From an uncultured delta proteobacterium (GTDB taxonomy: Bacteria > Myxococcota_A > Polyangia > Polyangiales > Polyangiaceae): a DNA stretch of 64,000 nt. Positions 40,298 through 52,677 of the stretch are shown here, in pieces (positions within the stretch are counted from its first letter, which is position 1; the number at the start of each line of letters is the position of its first letter). Under the pieces are notes generated by a model. The model had not been told where the DNA came from. It ran no database searches and saw nothing but the letters and a program-made list of their open reading frames with translations. The position numbers and the translations under genes are program-made. The stretch spans positions 1,568,001 to 1,632,000 of the forward strand of contig CAWJCS010000005.1 of NCBI GenBank assembly GCA_963841435.1, written 5' to 3'.

Positions 40298-40755
40298 CAG
40301 TTCAAGAGGGCGCGGCGAACGTCCGGGGTGAGCGCGCGCCGGCCTGCGTACCCGGCGTCGAGGTCGTGATAGTAGCCGACGCTTTCTTCCCCGTAGCGCC
40401 AGCACAGCCACACGGAGCGCCCGTCGATGCGCCCGTAGAAGTCCACTAGCCCGATCTGCGGATCCTTGACGATGCCGCCGAGCGACTTAACTCGTTCCCA
40501 GCCGGCCTCGTAGCGCCGCACGCGGTCGCGCAGATCGCCCTTCACGCGGGCAACCTCGCTCGAATCGTCCTCGTGCTTTGCGAGTGTGCGCGGCGGGCGG
40601 CCGCTCAGCTGGGTGAGCCGTGCGAGCCCTTGCTCGATCTCGCTCTGCTCGCGCAGCTGCTGTGCGACCAGCACAGAAAGCGACGGAATCAGCGCGTTGA
40701 TCTCCGCAACCGTGAACAGTCGCGGACCGGGCTCCGCGCGCCGCTCTGTCGTCAT
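40297..40755 (-). CDS. DUF2203-family protein
   Basis: RLFTVAEINALIP, VKDPQIGLVDF, LCWRYGE, YYHDLDAGYAGRR. Confidence 0.85.
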   Translation of the reverse strand: MTTERRAEPGPRLFTVAEINALIPSLSVLVAQQLREQSEIEQGLARLTQLSGRPPRTLAKHEDDSSEVARVKGDLRDRVRRYEAGWERVKSLGGIVKDPQIGLVDFYGRIDGRSVWLCWRYGEESVGYYHDLDAGYAGRRALTPDVRRALLN

Positions 40756-40825
40756 CGAGGCTCAAGCTTAGGAAGCGGAACGGGGTCGGTCAAGGCGACC
40801 CCCGGACAGGTCGTGGCCGGCGGGT

Positions 40826-41684
40826 TCAGCGGCTAGGCCACAGCAGAATGCCGAGCTTCGTGAGAAAAAAGTCCGCAATGAGAATGGCTATCGAAATGGT
40901 AACGACGGAACGCGTCGTGCTGTGGCCGACGCCGGCCGTCCCGCCCCTCGTCGTCAGGCCGAAATGGCAGCCGACGAGCGCGATGATGGCACCGAAAACT
41001 GGCGTCTTGATGAGACCCGCCAGGAACGTCCGGCATGGTCACCACGGAGAGCGCCGAGCGATAAAAGAACGCCGCCGGCACCTGGAACTCGAGGTCGGTG
41101 ACGATCATGGCGCCCGTGAAACCGAGCACGAGCGCAAAGCCGCCGAGGATGGGCATGACGATGACGGAAGCCACGAGCCGCGGCCACACGAGCTTCTTCA
41201 GCGGGTCGGCACCGAGCGCGCGCACGGCGTCGATCTGCTCCGTGACGTTCATGGCGCCGACCTCGGCCGCCATGCCCGAGCCGATGCGACCGCCGACGAT
41301 GATGGCCGTGAGCGACGGCGCGAGCTCGCGGGCGAACGAGAGCGCGACCACGCGGCCCGTGTACTCCATCCCGCCGAATTTTCGCAGCCCGAACGCGAAC
41401 TGGACGGCCATCACCATGCCGATGAAGACGCTCGTCACCACGACGATGCCCACGGACGCCACGCCGAGCGACTCGAGCTGGTGCACGATCTCGCGCCACT
41501 CGAACGGCCGCCGGAAGCCGGCGCGCACGGCACCGTAGAACATGCTGCTCACGCGTCCGAGGTGCTCGAGGAAGCGCACGGCTTGGTCGCCCACTCGCGC
41601 CACGAGCCCGCGCGGTGGCGGCGGCGGCCAGATGCTCGGCCGAAGGCTCTGCCGTGCACTTTCGGGAGGCGCTTCCGAGGTCAT
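40826..41684 (-). pseudogene. mlaE: MlaE-family ABC permease with an apparent 1-bp insertion near 41027
   Basis: RELAPSLTAIIVGGRIGSGMAAE, EQIDA; conserved C-terminus (GLIKTPVFG...GGTAGVGHSTTRSVV...DFFLTK) lies in another frame ending TGA at 40826; span is 3n+1. Confidence 0.85.
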
Positions 41685-42181
41685 CCGAGGGTCTCGAAGC
41701 CGCGTACGAAGCGTTCGAAGTCGTCGCGCCGCGCGCCGGCCGGGCTCACGTGCACGAAGTCGTAGACGCAGCCGTCCTTTTTCAGCACGAACACCAGGTA
41801 GCGGAGCGGTACGCCGTCGAGCGACGCCTCGATCTCCGTGAAGAGCGCCGCCCGGCCATCGAGCGTCACAGGCTCCTGCGCGACGAGCCGCCGGTCGGTA
41901 AACTGCAGGAACAGGTGATGCGTCAGCGCTGTGAGCGGCACGTCGTCGCCGTCGAGCCCGCAGCGCCCGGCGAGCTCGATCGTCGCTGTGGCCGCGTCGT
42001 CACGGAACGCGACGAGCGAGCCATCGACGGAGATCTGACGCCAGCTCGCCGGTACCGGGCCCACGCGGAAGGCCATGTCGTCGCCTCGGTAAACGCGCCC
42101 GTCGAATCCACTCGATGCACACGCGACCACGAGGCCGAGCGACAGCGCGACGGCTCGACAAAGCGACGACCGGAGGCCCAT
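41681..42181 (-). CDS. Hypothetical lipoprotein
   Basis: VVAC lipobox; stop overlaps mlaE start. Confidence 0.75.
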   Translation of the reverse strand: MGLRSSLCRAVALSLGLVVACASSGFDGRVYRGDDMAFRVGPVPASWRQISVDGSLVAFRDDAATATIELAGRCGLDGDDVPLTALTHHLFLQFTDRRLVAQEPVTLDGRAALFTEIEASLDGVPLRYLVFVLKKDGCVYDFVHVSPAGARRDDFERFVRGFETLG

Positions 42182-42219
42182 CGCGGGCGACGTTAGCATT
42201 GTTGAGCTAGGGTGCGCTC

Positions 42220-42963
42220 ATGCTGCCGATCGGCGACCGGAACCCGACGCGGACCGTGCCGTTCGTCAACTACGCCCTCCTGACCGCGAACGTGCTCGTC
42301 TTCGTTGTTCAGTACGTGCTCACGCTGGGCGGCGGTGAGGCCTGGCTCACGCCCGGCTACGGCCTGGTGGCGACGCGGGTGATCGGCGATCCCACCGGGG
42401 AGGCCTTCACCATCCTCACGAGCCTCTTCATGCACGGCGGGCTGTTGCACCTCGCCGGGAACATGCTGTTTCTGTACATCTTCGGCGACAACGTCGAGGA
42501 CGCGCTCGGCCACGGGCGCTACGGCCTTTTCTACTTGTTGTCGGGCGTCGGTGCGGCGTTCGCGCAGATCGCGACCGATACGAGCAGCACCATCCCCATG
42601 GTCGGTGCCTCGGGCGCGATCGCCGGGGTGCTCGGCGCGTACCTCGTGCTTTACCCGAGCGCGCCGGTCACGGTGCTCATCCCGCCGCCGCTGGGATTCT
42701 TTCTCGGGTTCTTCATGGTGCTGCCCGCGTGGGCCGTGACTGGCCTTTGGTTCGTGTACAACCTGCTGAGCGGTCTCGGGTCGCTCGGGGACGCCACCAC
42801 GGGCGGCGTCGCCTTCTTTGCCCACATCGGCGGCTTCTTGACGGGGCTCCTCCTCGTCCGGCCCTTGCGGGCTGGCCGCGTCCTGCTCGAGCCCGATCGT
42901 TTCCGGGGGTGGCGTCCGCCGCCCCGCGAGCCCCCGCGACCCGGGTTCGAGCGCTGGGGCTGA
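42220..42963 (+). CDS. Rhomboid intramembrane serine protease
   Basis: HLAGNMLFL, GASG, AHIGG. Confidence 0.95.
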   Translation: MLPIGDRNPTRTVPFVNYALLTANVLVFVVQYVLTLGGGEAWLTPGYGLVATRVIGDPTGEAFTILTSLFMHGGLLHLAGNMLFLYIFGDNVEDALGHGRYGLFYLLSGVGAAFAQIATDTSSTIPMVGASGAIAGVLGAYLVLYPSAPVTVLIPPPLGFFLGFFMVLPAWAVTGLWFVYNLLSGLGSLGDATTGGVAFFAHIGGFLTGLLLVRPLRAGRVLLEPDRFRGWRPPPREPPRPGFERWG

Positions 42964-42985
42964 CGGCGGGTTAGACTGGGCAGCG

Positions 42986-43384
42986 ATGAAGGTCATCGAC
43001 TCGGAGTTCGTCGATCGCGGGGCCGCCGGAATGACCGGCGACAACGTGCGGAGCGTCGTGGACAACGCGGATGCCATCCGCGCGCGCTTTTCACGGGGCG
43101 GACCACTCGGGCGGCTGATCGAGGACGGCGAGCTTCTGCTCGCGCTCGTCCGCGACTACTGGACGGGCCGCTACCGCCGTGCGCCACTCTGGGCGATCGG
43201 CGCCTCGGTGTTCGCGCTGCTCTACGTGCTCGCGCCGCTCGACCTCGTGCCCGACGCGATCCCGCTCATCGGCGTCGTGGACGACGCGGCCGTCGTCTCC
43301 GTGTGCCTGGCGCTCCTGCACCAGGAGCTCGCCCGCTACGCGAGCTTTCGGGCGGCCGCCGAAAAAAAGTCAGACGCGAGCTGA
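42986..43384 (+). CDS. YkvA/DUF1232 family protein
   Basis: YVLAPLDLVPDAIPLIGVVDD. Confidence 0.9.
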   Translation: MKVIDSEFVDRGAAGMTGDNVRSVVDNADAIRARFSRGGPLGRLIEDGELLLALVRDYWTGRYRRAPLWAIGASVFALLYVLAPLDLVPDAIPLIGVVDDAAVVSVCLALLHQELARYASFRAAAEKKSDAS

Positions 43385-43472
43385 GCCGGTTGCGCATTCC
43401 GGCTCGTCCGGTCGCGCCCGGCCGCGATCTGCCGTGCCACGCTGTCGCCGAGTGGTACTAACATCCCGGCCG

Positions 43473-45014
<1,542 letters not shown>

Positions 45015-45038
45015 CCGCGCCCCGAGAAAGGCGCCCGA

Positions 45039-45776
45039 CTACACGCCGATGAAGAGCCGGTGGGCGAAGTTGCGCTCGAGCTTGGCGCGCAGCACCTTGT
45101 CGGCCGCCGTTTCGATGTCGTATTCGATACGCTTGAATTCGAAGCGCTTCTTGTCGCTGTCGTAAAGCGTGTAGCTCGCGCGATTGTCGTAGTCGCGCGG
45201 CTGGCCCACGGAGCCGACGCTCACGATGTACTTCTTGTTCGGCTGCAACTCGAAATCGATGGGAGGCAGCTCCTCCACGCTATTTGGTGTCAGCGCGAAA
45301 ACTTTGCACAGGTGGGAGTGCCCGATCAGCGTGATGTGTCCCAGGTCGTCGTACATGGGCAGGCACTCGCGGGCCTGCTCGGGCGCGAAGATGTACTCGA
45401 ACTCTTCGAGGCGAACCGGCGAGCCGTGGCAGAGCTGCACGCCGATGTCTGGGAGCTTGAGCTGGTACGGTAGCTCCTTGAGCCAGCTCATGTTCTCGGT
45501 CGACAGGAGCTGCGCGTGCAAGTCGAGCGCGTGACGCGCCGCCTCGTAGTAGTACGAGTAGTCCATCCTGCCGGCGACGGCGGCGTCGTGGTTGCCGAGG
45601 ATCGTCGCGACGACGAGGTCACGCACGAGGTCGGAGCACTCGTTGGGGGAGCCGCCGTAGCCTACGGTGTCGCCCAGACAGTAGTACTGATCGATGCTCT
45701 CGCTCTTGAAAGCCTCCACGACAGCGCCGAGCGCTTCGTAATTGGCGTGGATGTCACTCAGGATCCCGAGGCGCAT
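45039..45776 (-). CDS. Metallophosphoesterase
   Basis: SDIHAN, GDTVGYG, GNHD, HGSP, GHSH, GSVGQPRD. Confidence 0.95.
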   Translation of the reverse strand: MRLGILSDIHANYEALGAVVEAFKSESIDQYYCLGDTVGYGGSPNECSDLVRDLVVATILGNHDAAVAGRMDYSYYYEAARHALDLHAQLLSTENMSWLKELPYQLKLPDIGVQLCHGSPVRLEEFEYIFAPEQARECLPMYDDLGHITLIGHSHLCKVFALTPNSVEELPPIDFELQPNKKYIVSVGSVGQPRDYDNRASYTLYDSDKKRFEFKRIEYDIETAADKVLRAKLERNFAHRLFIGV

Positions 45777-45851
45777 GGGAGGGAGAGAAGCGGCAGCGTA
45801 TCACGAAAGCTCCACGAAACCGCCCGCCGCGATGACGAGGTCCGCGCTATC

Positions 45852-46448
45852 ATGGAAAGGCACGTGTCCGCCCCGCCCGACCCCATCCCCGAGTACGCAG
45901 CCGCCTGCCTGGAATACGTGCGGCGGGCTCTCGACTTCAGCTTGGATTTCACCCCGGAAACCCTGGCCGTCCTCGACCATTACGTGGCCACCGTCCGGCC
46001 GACCCTCGCCGAGCGACCGGAGCTGGCTGCTCTCGTGGGACGAGCCACCGGGGCCTATTTCGGCGAGGTCGTGCGTGGGGTGATTCCCGGGTTTTGGCGT
46101 GTCCCGTCCGCCAGCGTGCATGATTTCCAGCTGTGCTCGCGCGTGGCCTTCCTGTGGGTGAACCCCATTGGCGTGGCCTACGACGCCCTGTTCGCGGGTA
46201 CCGAGCACGACGGGCCGCGCTCGATGCTGCGCTGCGCGCCCGAGGACCGCGAGTTTTTGGAGCGGCGGCTCGCCACCTTGCCGCCCGTCCCCGAGGACCA
46301 ATACTACCTTTTCACGACACGCTTCGAGGTGCTCGAGGTCGCCAACGAGGCCCTGCGCGCCCGCCTCGAAGAGCAAGGCTACGGCGAAAGCGAGCTCGGC
46401 GAAGACGACTACGCCACGATGGACGGCCCGTCGCGCTTCGACGCCTGA
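45852..46448 (+). CDS. Hypothetical protein
   Basis: Coding-like ORF with LDFTPETLAVLD...GAYFGEVVR; start 45852 or 45864. Confidence 0.75.
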   Translation: MERHVSAPPDPIPEYAAACLEYVRRALDFSLDFTPETLAVLDHYVATVRPTLAERPELAALVGRATGAYFGEVVRGVIPGFWRVPSASVHDFQLCSRVAFLWVNPIGVAYDALFAGTEHDGPRSMLRCAPEDREFLERRLATLPPVPEDQYYLFTTRFEVLEVANEALRARLEEQGYGESELGEDDYATMDGPSRFDA

Positions 46449-46503
46449 GACGACCTCGCGGGCTCGGAAGGAGCGGCTCGCGCTCGTCCCGCGCGACTCG
46501 AGC

Positions 46504-47853
46504 CTAACGACCGGCCCCCGCCGGCGCGTCGACCGCTTCACTCGCCACGATCACGCGCGAAGGCGCGCTGACGGTGAGCGCGGGACCGATCTCGTCGCCG
46601 AGGAACGAACGGGCGAAGATCGCGTAGGTTCCGGGCAGAAGGTCGAGCGCAATGCCCTCGGCACCCGGGAAGAGCCGCACGACGGGGACGCCGTCGACCA
46701 GGACGTAGCGCACGATGTCGCCGGCGTTGACGAGCAGGAGCCCGTCCTTCACGCCGTCGGTGTTGGCATTCGGCTTTGCCGCAGGGCGGCTGCGGAACGT
46801 GCGCGTTTGCGCCGCCGTGAAAAGCAACGGCGACGGCTGGCGAGGCAGCTCGCCGATGCGGTGTTCCGCCGTCGTGGGCGGTACGCGTAGTGCATACAGA
46901 TCGAGCGCGACGCTTCGCTCGAGCGACGACACCTCGAACACGACTCGCGCGCCGCCCGCCCACGCGAAGTCGGCGCGCACGGGGACGAGCTCGGGGGCGC
47001 ACGCTGGGCTGTCCGGGTGCGCGCCCACGAGCTCGACGAGCGTTCGGCAGAGCAAGATGCCGCCCGTCCCCGCGCCCGCGACGCGCGCCTGCTCGAGCTC
47101 CAGCCGGCCGAGCGGGGTCGCCAGTGCGACGCGCGTGCTCTGGAAGCCGAGCACGCGACCGGCACCGAGCGGGGTTTGCCTGACGTGCGCGAGCGGCGTC
47201 GTGTCGGCGCGGTGCTCGTTGAGCACGGCGCGCAGCGCCCCCGGCTGCACGACGACGTAGCGGCCGTGGTCGGGCCACACGAGAACGTGCCCGAACGACT
47301 CGATGCGCGAGCGAAGCTCGGTCCCTTCGGGCAAGAGGAAGCGCGTCGAGCTCAGCCGAATGAGGGCGCGGCCGGTCGCAGCAAGCTCGATCGCCAGGTC
47401 GAAGGTCACGGCGGCCCGCGCGCGCTCGACGGCGTCCTGGTTCGTCTCGGGTGGGCGCGGTGGGGCCGGCAGGTCCGGCCAGCGAAAGCGAGCTCGGAGC
47501 GTGAGGCCCGTCGGGTCGCGCGGATCCGTGCTCTCGCCGCCGACGGCGTGGTCTTCGCGGAGCGTTTCGGGGAGGCCGGCCTCGGCGTCCGTTCCCGCGT
47601 CGCTCGGGGGCATGGCGTCGGTTGCGGGCTCTACGTCCCCCGGCCGCAGGGGGGCGGCGGCGAGCGGCGCGGGCAGGATGCTGGCGTTGGGGCTCGGCTC
47701 GTTCGGGCCGGCGTCGGGTAGCGCCGGGCGGTTCTGGCAGGCTAAAAAGAGCGACGCGACGCCGAGCGAAAGAACGAGCTTACCGGCGTGGCGGTGGAAC
47801 GGCGTGGCCCGGGACCGTCGGTCACCCCGAACGCTGGTCGCCCCTAGATCCAT
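46504..47853 (-). CDS. Hypothetical lipoprotein
   Basis: FLAC lipobox-like, Pro-rich linker; no family recognised; start approximate. Confidence 0.65.
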   Translation of the reverse strand: MDLGATSVRGDRRSRATPFHRHAGKLVLSLGVASLFLACQNRPALPDAGPNEPSPNASILPAPLAAAPLRPGDVEPATDAMPPSDAGTDAEAGLPETLREDHAVGGESTDPRDPTGLTLRARFRWPDLPAPPRPPETNQDAVERARAAVTFDLAIELAATGRALIRLSSTRFLLPEGTELRSRIESFGHVLVWPDHGRYVVVQPGALRAVLNEHRADTTPLAHVRQTPLGAGRVLGFQSTRVALATPLGRLELEQARVAGAGTGGILLCRTLVELVGAHPDSPACAPELVPVRADFAWAGGARVVFEVSSLERSVALDLYALRVPPTTAEHRIGELPRQPSPLLFTAAQTRTFRSRPAAKPNANTDGVKDGLLLVNAGDIVRYVLVDGVPVVRLFPGAEGIALDLLPGTYAIFARSFLGDEIGPALTVSAPSRVIVASEAVDAPAGAGR

Positions 47854-47900
47854 CGAGGTCACGCCGAACAAGTGAGGTCCTCGTTCGATGGCTCGCTCCG

Positions 47901-48806
47901 CTAGCGCGCGGCGCCGACGAGCGACGCGGCGTCCTGGCCCTTTTTTTCACAGTACGCGCGGAGCCCGTCGAGCACGTGCATGGCCGCGCAGGGGTCGGCG
48001 AAGCTCGCGGTACCCACCTGCACGGCGCTCGCGCCCGCGAGCAGGAACTCGAGCGCGTCTCGCGTCGTTCCGATGCCGCCGATGGCGATCACGGGGATCG
48101 ACACCGCGCCCGCGATTTCCCACACGATGCGCAGCGCGATGGGGCGCAGCGCCGGACCGCTGAAGCCGCCCGTGCGGTTGGCGAGGCGCAGGCGGCGCTG
48201 CTCCGTGTCGAGCGACATGCCGCGGATGGTGTTGATGGCGGTGATGGCGTCCGCGCCCGCGTCCTCGCAGGCCTTGGCAACGGCGACGATATCGCCCGCC
48301 TCGGGGCTCATCTTCACCCAGACGGGCCGCTTCGTCGCGGCGCGTACCGCGCGCGTCACCTCGGCGCACAGGCGCGGGTCGCGGCCGAACTCGATGCCGC
48401 CGTGCGTGACGTTCGGGCAGGACACGTTGAGCTCGATGGCGGCGATGCCCGCCTCGCGCTCGAGGCGGTCCGTGATGGCGACGAAGTCGGCGACGCTGCT
48501 CGCGAAGATGTTCGCGCACACGGTGACGCCGCGCTCGCGCAAGATCGGGAGCTTGTCGGTGCAGAACGCTTCGACGCCGACGTTCGCGAGCCCGATGGCG
48601 TTGAGCATGCCGGCGGGCGTTTCACAGATACGCTCGGGCGGGTTGCCCGCGCGGGGGTGGAGGCTGAGGCCCTTGGTGCAGATGCCGCCGAGCAGCGCCA
48701 CGTCGAAGAAATCGTCGTATTCGAGGCCGTAGCCGAAGCAGCCCGATGCCGTCAGCACCGGGTTTTTCAGCTCGAGCGAGCCGATGCGGACGGCGAGCGA
48801 GGTCAC
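47901..48806 (-). CDS. pyrD: Dihydroorotate dehydrogenase B, catalytic subunit
   Basis: KNPVLTASG, MLNAIGLAN, ELNVSCPN, INT, GGFSGPA. Confidence 0.96.
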   Translation of the reverse strand: MTSLAVRIGSLELKNPVLTASGCFGYGLEYDDFFDVALLGGICTKGLSLHPRAGNPPERICETPAGMLNAIGLANVGVEAFCTDKLPILRERGVTVCANIFASSVADFVAITDRLEREAGIAAIELNVSCPNVTHGGIEFGRDPRLCAEVTRAVRAATKRPVWVKMSPEAGDIVAVAKACEDAGADAITAINTIRGMSLDTEQRRLRLANRTGGFSGPALRPIALRIVWEIAGAVSIPVIAIGGIGTTRDALEFLLAGASAVQVGTASFADPCAAMHVLDGLRAYCEKKGQDAASLVGAAR

Positions 48807-49639
48807 GACGGGGGCCTCCCGGAACCGAGCTTTCGGGGCGCGTGATCGCTCCGCGACCAGTTGACGCGCCGCGCGTCGAGGCAGGGCCCCTCCGTGCACG
48901 CGTACAGGTAGCCGCCGTCGGTGGTCGCCACCGGGCAACCCAGGCACACGCCGTAACCGCACGCCATCGGCGTTTCGAGCGACGCTTCGCAGGGCACGTC
49001 ACGCGCCGCGCAGAGCGCCGCGACGCTCGCCATCATCCGATCCGGCCCGCAGGTGAACACTTCCGTGCCCGCGGCGAGCAGCTCCGGCAACACGTCGGTG
49101 ACGCGACCGCGCGTGCCTCGCGAGCCGTCTTCCGTCGTGACGTAGAGCTCGGCGAGCTCGCTGAGCTCGTCGTCGAGCGGCAGATCGCGGGCGCTCCGCC
49201 CGCCGTAGATCGCGAGGGGCTTCACCGTGCTGCCGGACGCCGCAATCGAGCGCGCGAGGAACAACAGGGGCGAAAGTCCCACGCCCCCCGCGACGAGGAT
49301 CTGCCGCCGGCCGCTGGTGGGCGCGCGCCAGGGCAGGCCGAGCGGCCCGAGCAGCGTGAAGGGCTCGCCTGGCTCGGCGCGCCCCATGCGCAGGGTTCCT
49401 TCGCCGAGCACCTTGATGAGGACGGAAGGTGTCGTGCCTGCGGTGAGGTAGCTCATGGGCCGCGGCAGCAGCGGCGCCTCGCCCCATTCCGCGCCCCGCA
49501 CCATCACGAACTGGCCGGGCAGCCCGGGGCTCCCCTCCGGGTCGTCGAAAGTGAGCACGTGGTAGAGGCCGCCGATGCTCTCGCGCCGCAAGAGCGGCAT
49601 CGTGGCGAGCCGCCGCTTGGGCAGCTGAGGAGGGCTCAC
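48803..49639 (-). CDS. pyrK: Dihydroorotate dehydrogenase B, electron transfer subunit
   Basis: PGQFVM, RPMS, AGGVG, CGP, MACGYGVCLGC...CTEGP [2Fe-2S] motif. Confidence 0.93.
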   Translation of the reverse strand: MSPPQLPKRRLATMPLLRRESIGGLYHVLTFDDPEGSPGLPGQFVMVRGAEWGEAPLLPRPMSYLTAGTTPSVLIKVLGEGTLRMGRAEPGEPFTLLGPLGLPWRAPTSGRRQILVAGGVGLSPLLFLARSIAASGSTVKPLAIYGGRSARDLPLDDELSELAELYVTTEDGSRGTRGRVTDVLPELLAAGTEVFTCGPDRMMASVAALCAARDVPCEASLETPMACGYGVCLGCPVATTDGGYLYACTEGPCLDARRVNWSRSDHAPRKLGSGRPPS

Positions 49640-49812
49640 GAGGGGCCCCCGTCGGGGCACGAGTCCGTCATGGGAACGCCGCGCATGAGAGTCGCACGCT
49701 TCCCTTATCCGAATCGCGGCCCTGGCGCACGCGCGCGCTTCGCCCAGGCGCGAAATGGCGCTCGGGACGCTCGCGCGGGCGACGTTTCCGGTCGGAGTGC
49801 AAAGTCCGAGGC

Positions 49813-50256
49813 TCAGTCCGCGGTCCCGCCGAGCTCGAGGCGCATCTCAATCGCGTCTTCTCCGTCGCTCGCGTAGTAGCCGCGCCGCACCCCGTGCTCG
49901 ACGAAGCCTGCGCTCCGGTACAGGGCGAGCGCGGCCTGGTTCGACGCGCGGACCTCGAGCAACAAGACGCGCGCGGCGCCCGCCCGCGCATCGTCGATGA
50001 CGGCGCCGAGTAGGAGCCGCCCGATGCCGCGGCGCCGCTCGCGCGCCGTCACCGCGAGGTCAAGGAGATGCACCTCGTCAGCAGCGCGCCAGGTGAGCGC
50101 GATGCCGAGCAGCGGCGCGTCACGCGCCTCGCGTGCCACGAAGAGGCGTGCCCACGCGCGCTCGAGCTCGGTGCAGGGGTCGAAGCCGGACCCCGAGATC
50201 GCCGCGAGCGCGGCGGCGTGGCCGCAATCTCCGCGGTCGAGGAGCGTGACCTGCAT
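49813..50256 (-). CDS. rimI: Ribosomal-protein-alanine N-acetyltransferase (GNAT)
   Basis: RRRGIGR, LEVRASN, LYRSAGF, RRGYY, EDAIEM. Confidence 0.88.
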   Translation of the reverse strand: MQVTLLDRGDCGHAAALAAISGSGFDPCTELERAWARLFVAREARDAPLLGIALTWRAADEVHLLDLAVTARERRRGIGRLLLGAVIDDARAGAARVLLLEVRASNQAALALYRSAGFVEHGVRRGYYASDGEDAIEMRLELGGTAD

Positions 50257-50484
50257 CGAGCTCGCCGCGAAGCATAGCTTCCCGCGCCCAGGCTCGCCTC
50301 AAGCGCCGAGCGCGGCCCCGAGCGGCGCGACCGGAAGTCTGGTCGTGGCGCCTCGATCGCTCCAAAAATACCGGGCCAAACGCAATTCGGACCGGATCCC
50401 GGACAGTTACCGAGCGCGCGTCGCAGACGGCCACGGGGGGGGTGCGGACGCGACGGCGAGCGACGCTAAGATGGGAGCGAAACC

Positions 50485-51537
50485 ATGTCGCTACGGTCCT
50501 CGCTCGTTCTTCTCGGCCTCACGGTCGGCCTCGCGCTCTCGATGTCTCGCGCGACGCTGGCCAATCCCACGCCCCGTCCGGTCGCGCCGCGCGCGACCCC
50601 TGCCTCCACGCAGCAGAGCTTCGTGCCGTGCGGGCTCACCGGGCACACGAGCCTCGTGCTCGACACGCCCATCGTCGACGAGAGCGGGCGGCGCATCGCT
50701 CGCTTCAGCGGCGGCGAGACGACGCTGACCATCAGTGGGTTCTCTCTCGGTGGCGCCGAGCGCGCGCGAGTCGAGACCGGCAACGGTCGCGGCGCCTTTC
50801 GGGTTCGTGGTTTCGTCAACACGAAGAGCTTGCCGCTCGTGACGGCCGACGAGATCCCCGTCTCGCCCGGACATCTTTGGATCGGGAAGGATCGCGAGGT
50901 GACGGTCGTCGGTGCAACGGCCGACAAGCTCAAGATCGAGCGTGTCGCGTCGTCGCCGCTGCGGCAGAAGCAGAGCGCCTGGGCGCCGTGCCGGAGCCTG
51001 AAAGTGACGGCAGGGACGCCAAAAGGCTGGTCGCCGGCCGGCTTCGCACGTGGCTACGTGCTCAAGCAGGACTCCGTCGAGCTGTTCGACGGCCCGGGCG
51101 GCAGAACGGTCGGTGCGCTGTACCGCGCTCCCGAGGCCACGAGCGGCGTGCTCCTGTTCAGCACCGAGCAGTCGAGCGCCTGGGTCCACGTCGAGTACCA
51201 CGCCGACCTCGTCGTCAACGCGTGGGCTCACGCCGCTGATCTCGTGCCGCTTCCGCCGGGCGAGACGATGGACCAACTTGCCCCCCCGACGCCCCGGCCC
51301 GGCACGCCTCGGCTGTCGCTGCCCGCGAACCCGCGCATCGTGCGCACGACGCACGAAGTCCCGCTGCGGGTGGCCGCGAGGGACGCCGCCGAGCCCATCG
51401 GCATCATCGAGACGGGGACCAACACCTACGTGCTCGACGTGATGGCGGGTTGGGTCAGCGTGATGCCCGAGGCGCTCGACGTCGTGCCCGTCAACGGCGG
51501 CCGATTCTGGGTCAAGAAGAGCGAGCTTGGTATCTAG
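50485..51537 (+). CDS. Hypothetical secreted protein
   Basis: Signal peptide; beta-rich ORF, possibly SH3-like repeats (inference). Confidence 0.7.
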   Translation: MSLRSSLVLLGLTVGLALSMSRATLANPTPRPVAPRATPASTQQSFVPCGLTGHTSLVLDTPIVDESGRRIARFSGGETTLTISGFSLGGAERARVETGNGRGAFRVRGFVNTKSLPLVTADEIPVSPGHLWIGKDREVTVVGATADKLKIERVASSPLRQKQSAWAPCRSLKVTAGTPKGWSPAGFARGYVLKQDSVELFDGPGGRTVGALYRAPEATSGVLLFSTEQSSAWVHVEYHADLVVNAWAHAADLVPLPPGETMDQLAPPTPRPGTPRLSLPANPRIVRTTHEVPLRVAARDAAEPIGIIETGTNTYVLDVMAGWVSVMPEALDVVPVNGGRFWVKKSELGI

Positions 51538-51620
51538 CGCGAGCGGCGCGCCGCGTCGGCGCGACCACCCGGCCCGGCCAGCTTGTCGCGCACCGGGACC
51601 CCCGTGCTAGCGTCCGACCC

Positions 51621-52610
51621 GTGCCGAGCGTGTCCAAAGCCACCCTGGAGGCGGCCCTTTCCCGGCCGCTTGCCGCGACTGATTTTCCCTTCGGCAAAAA
51701 ATACGAAGGGAAAGTGCGCGACAACTACACGCTCGCCGACGGGCGGCGCGTGCTCGTCACGACCGACCGCGTGAGCGCTTTCGATCACGTGCTCGGCACG
51801 CTGCCGCTCAAAGGGCAGGTGCTGAACTTCGTCGCCGCCTGGTGGTTCGAGCACACGCGCCACATCGCGCAGAACCACGTCCTCGGCGTGCCCGATCCGA
51901 ACGTGCTCGTCGCCAGGGAATGCACGCCGCTGCCCGTGGAAATGGTGGTACGCGCGTACCTCACGGGGACTACTTCGACGAGCATCTGGGTGCACTACGA
52001 GCGCGGCGCACGCACCTTCTGTGGGCACGCGCTGCCCGATGGTCTCGTGAAGCACGCGCGCCTGCCGGAGCCCCTGCTCACGCCGAGCACCAAGGCGCCG
52101 CACGGCGACCACGACGTATCGGCCTCGCGCGAGGAAATCCTCGCCACGACGGGTATGCCCGCGAGCGAATTCGATCGCGCCGGTGCCATCGCGATGGCGC
52201 TGTTCGCCGAGGGACAGCGGATCTGCGCCGAGCGCGGCCTGATCCTCGTCGATACGAAGTACGAGCTCGGCAAGACGCCCGACGGCGAGATCGTCGTCAT
52301 CGACGAGATCCACACGCCCGACTCGTCACGTTTCTGGTATCGCGAGAGCTACGAAGAACGACTCGCCGCGGGTCGGGATCCGGAGAGCTTCGACAAGGAG
52401 TACGTGAGGCGCTGGCTCGTCGATCAGGGCTTTCGCGGCGACGGCCCCATCCCGGTGATCCCCGACGAGGTGAAGGTCGAGGCGGTGTGGCGCTACATCG
52501 AAGCCGTCGAGCGGATCACGGGCGAGGCCTTCGTGCCGAACCTCGAGGAGCCGCAGGCCCGGCTGCGCAAGAACCTCGCCGATCTGTTCGCGCTGGGTCC
52601 GTCCGCCTGA
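51621..52610 (+). CDS. purC: SAICAR synthetase
   Basis: [48 protein letters not shown]. Confidence 0.96.
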   Translation: MPSVSKATLEAALSRPLAATDFPFGKKYEGKVRDNYTLADGRRVLVTTDRVSAFDHVLGTLPLKGQVLNFVAAWWFEHTRHIAQNHVLGVPDPNVLVARECTPLPVEMVVRAYLTGTTSTSIWVHYERGARTFCGHALPDGLVKHARLPEPLLTPSTKAPHGDHDVSASREEILATTGMPASEFDRAGAIAMALFAEGQRICAERGLILVDTKYELGKTPDGEIVVIDEIHTPDSSRFWYRESYEERLAAGRDPESFDKEYVRRWLVDQGFRGDGPIPVIPDEVKVEAVWRYIEAVERITGEAFVPNLEEPQARLRKNLADLFALGPSA

Positions 52611-52677
52611 GGGCAGCCGGATTTTCGCCGGCGGCGCGAGCGCGCGGCGCCTCGCCGCGCGGTGCTAGAATCAGACG

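Noticed and set aside
49640-49812. PyrR attenuator upstream of pyrK-pyrD
   Set aside because: No PyrR-binding loop consensus or U-tailed terminator recognised.
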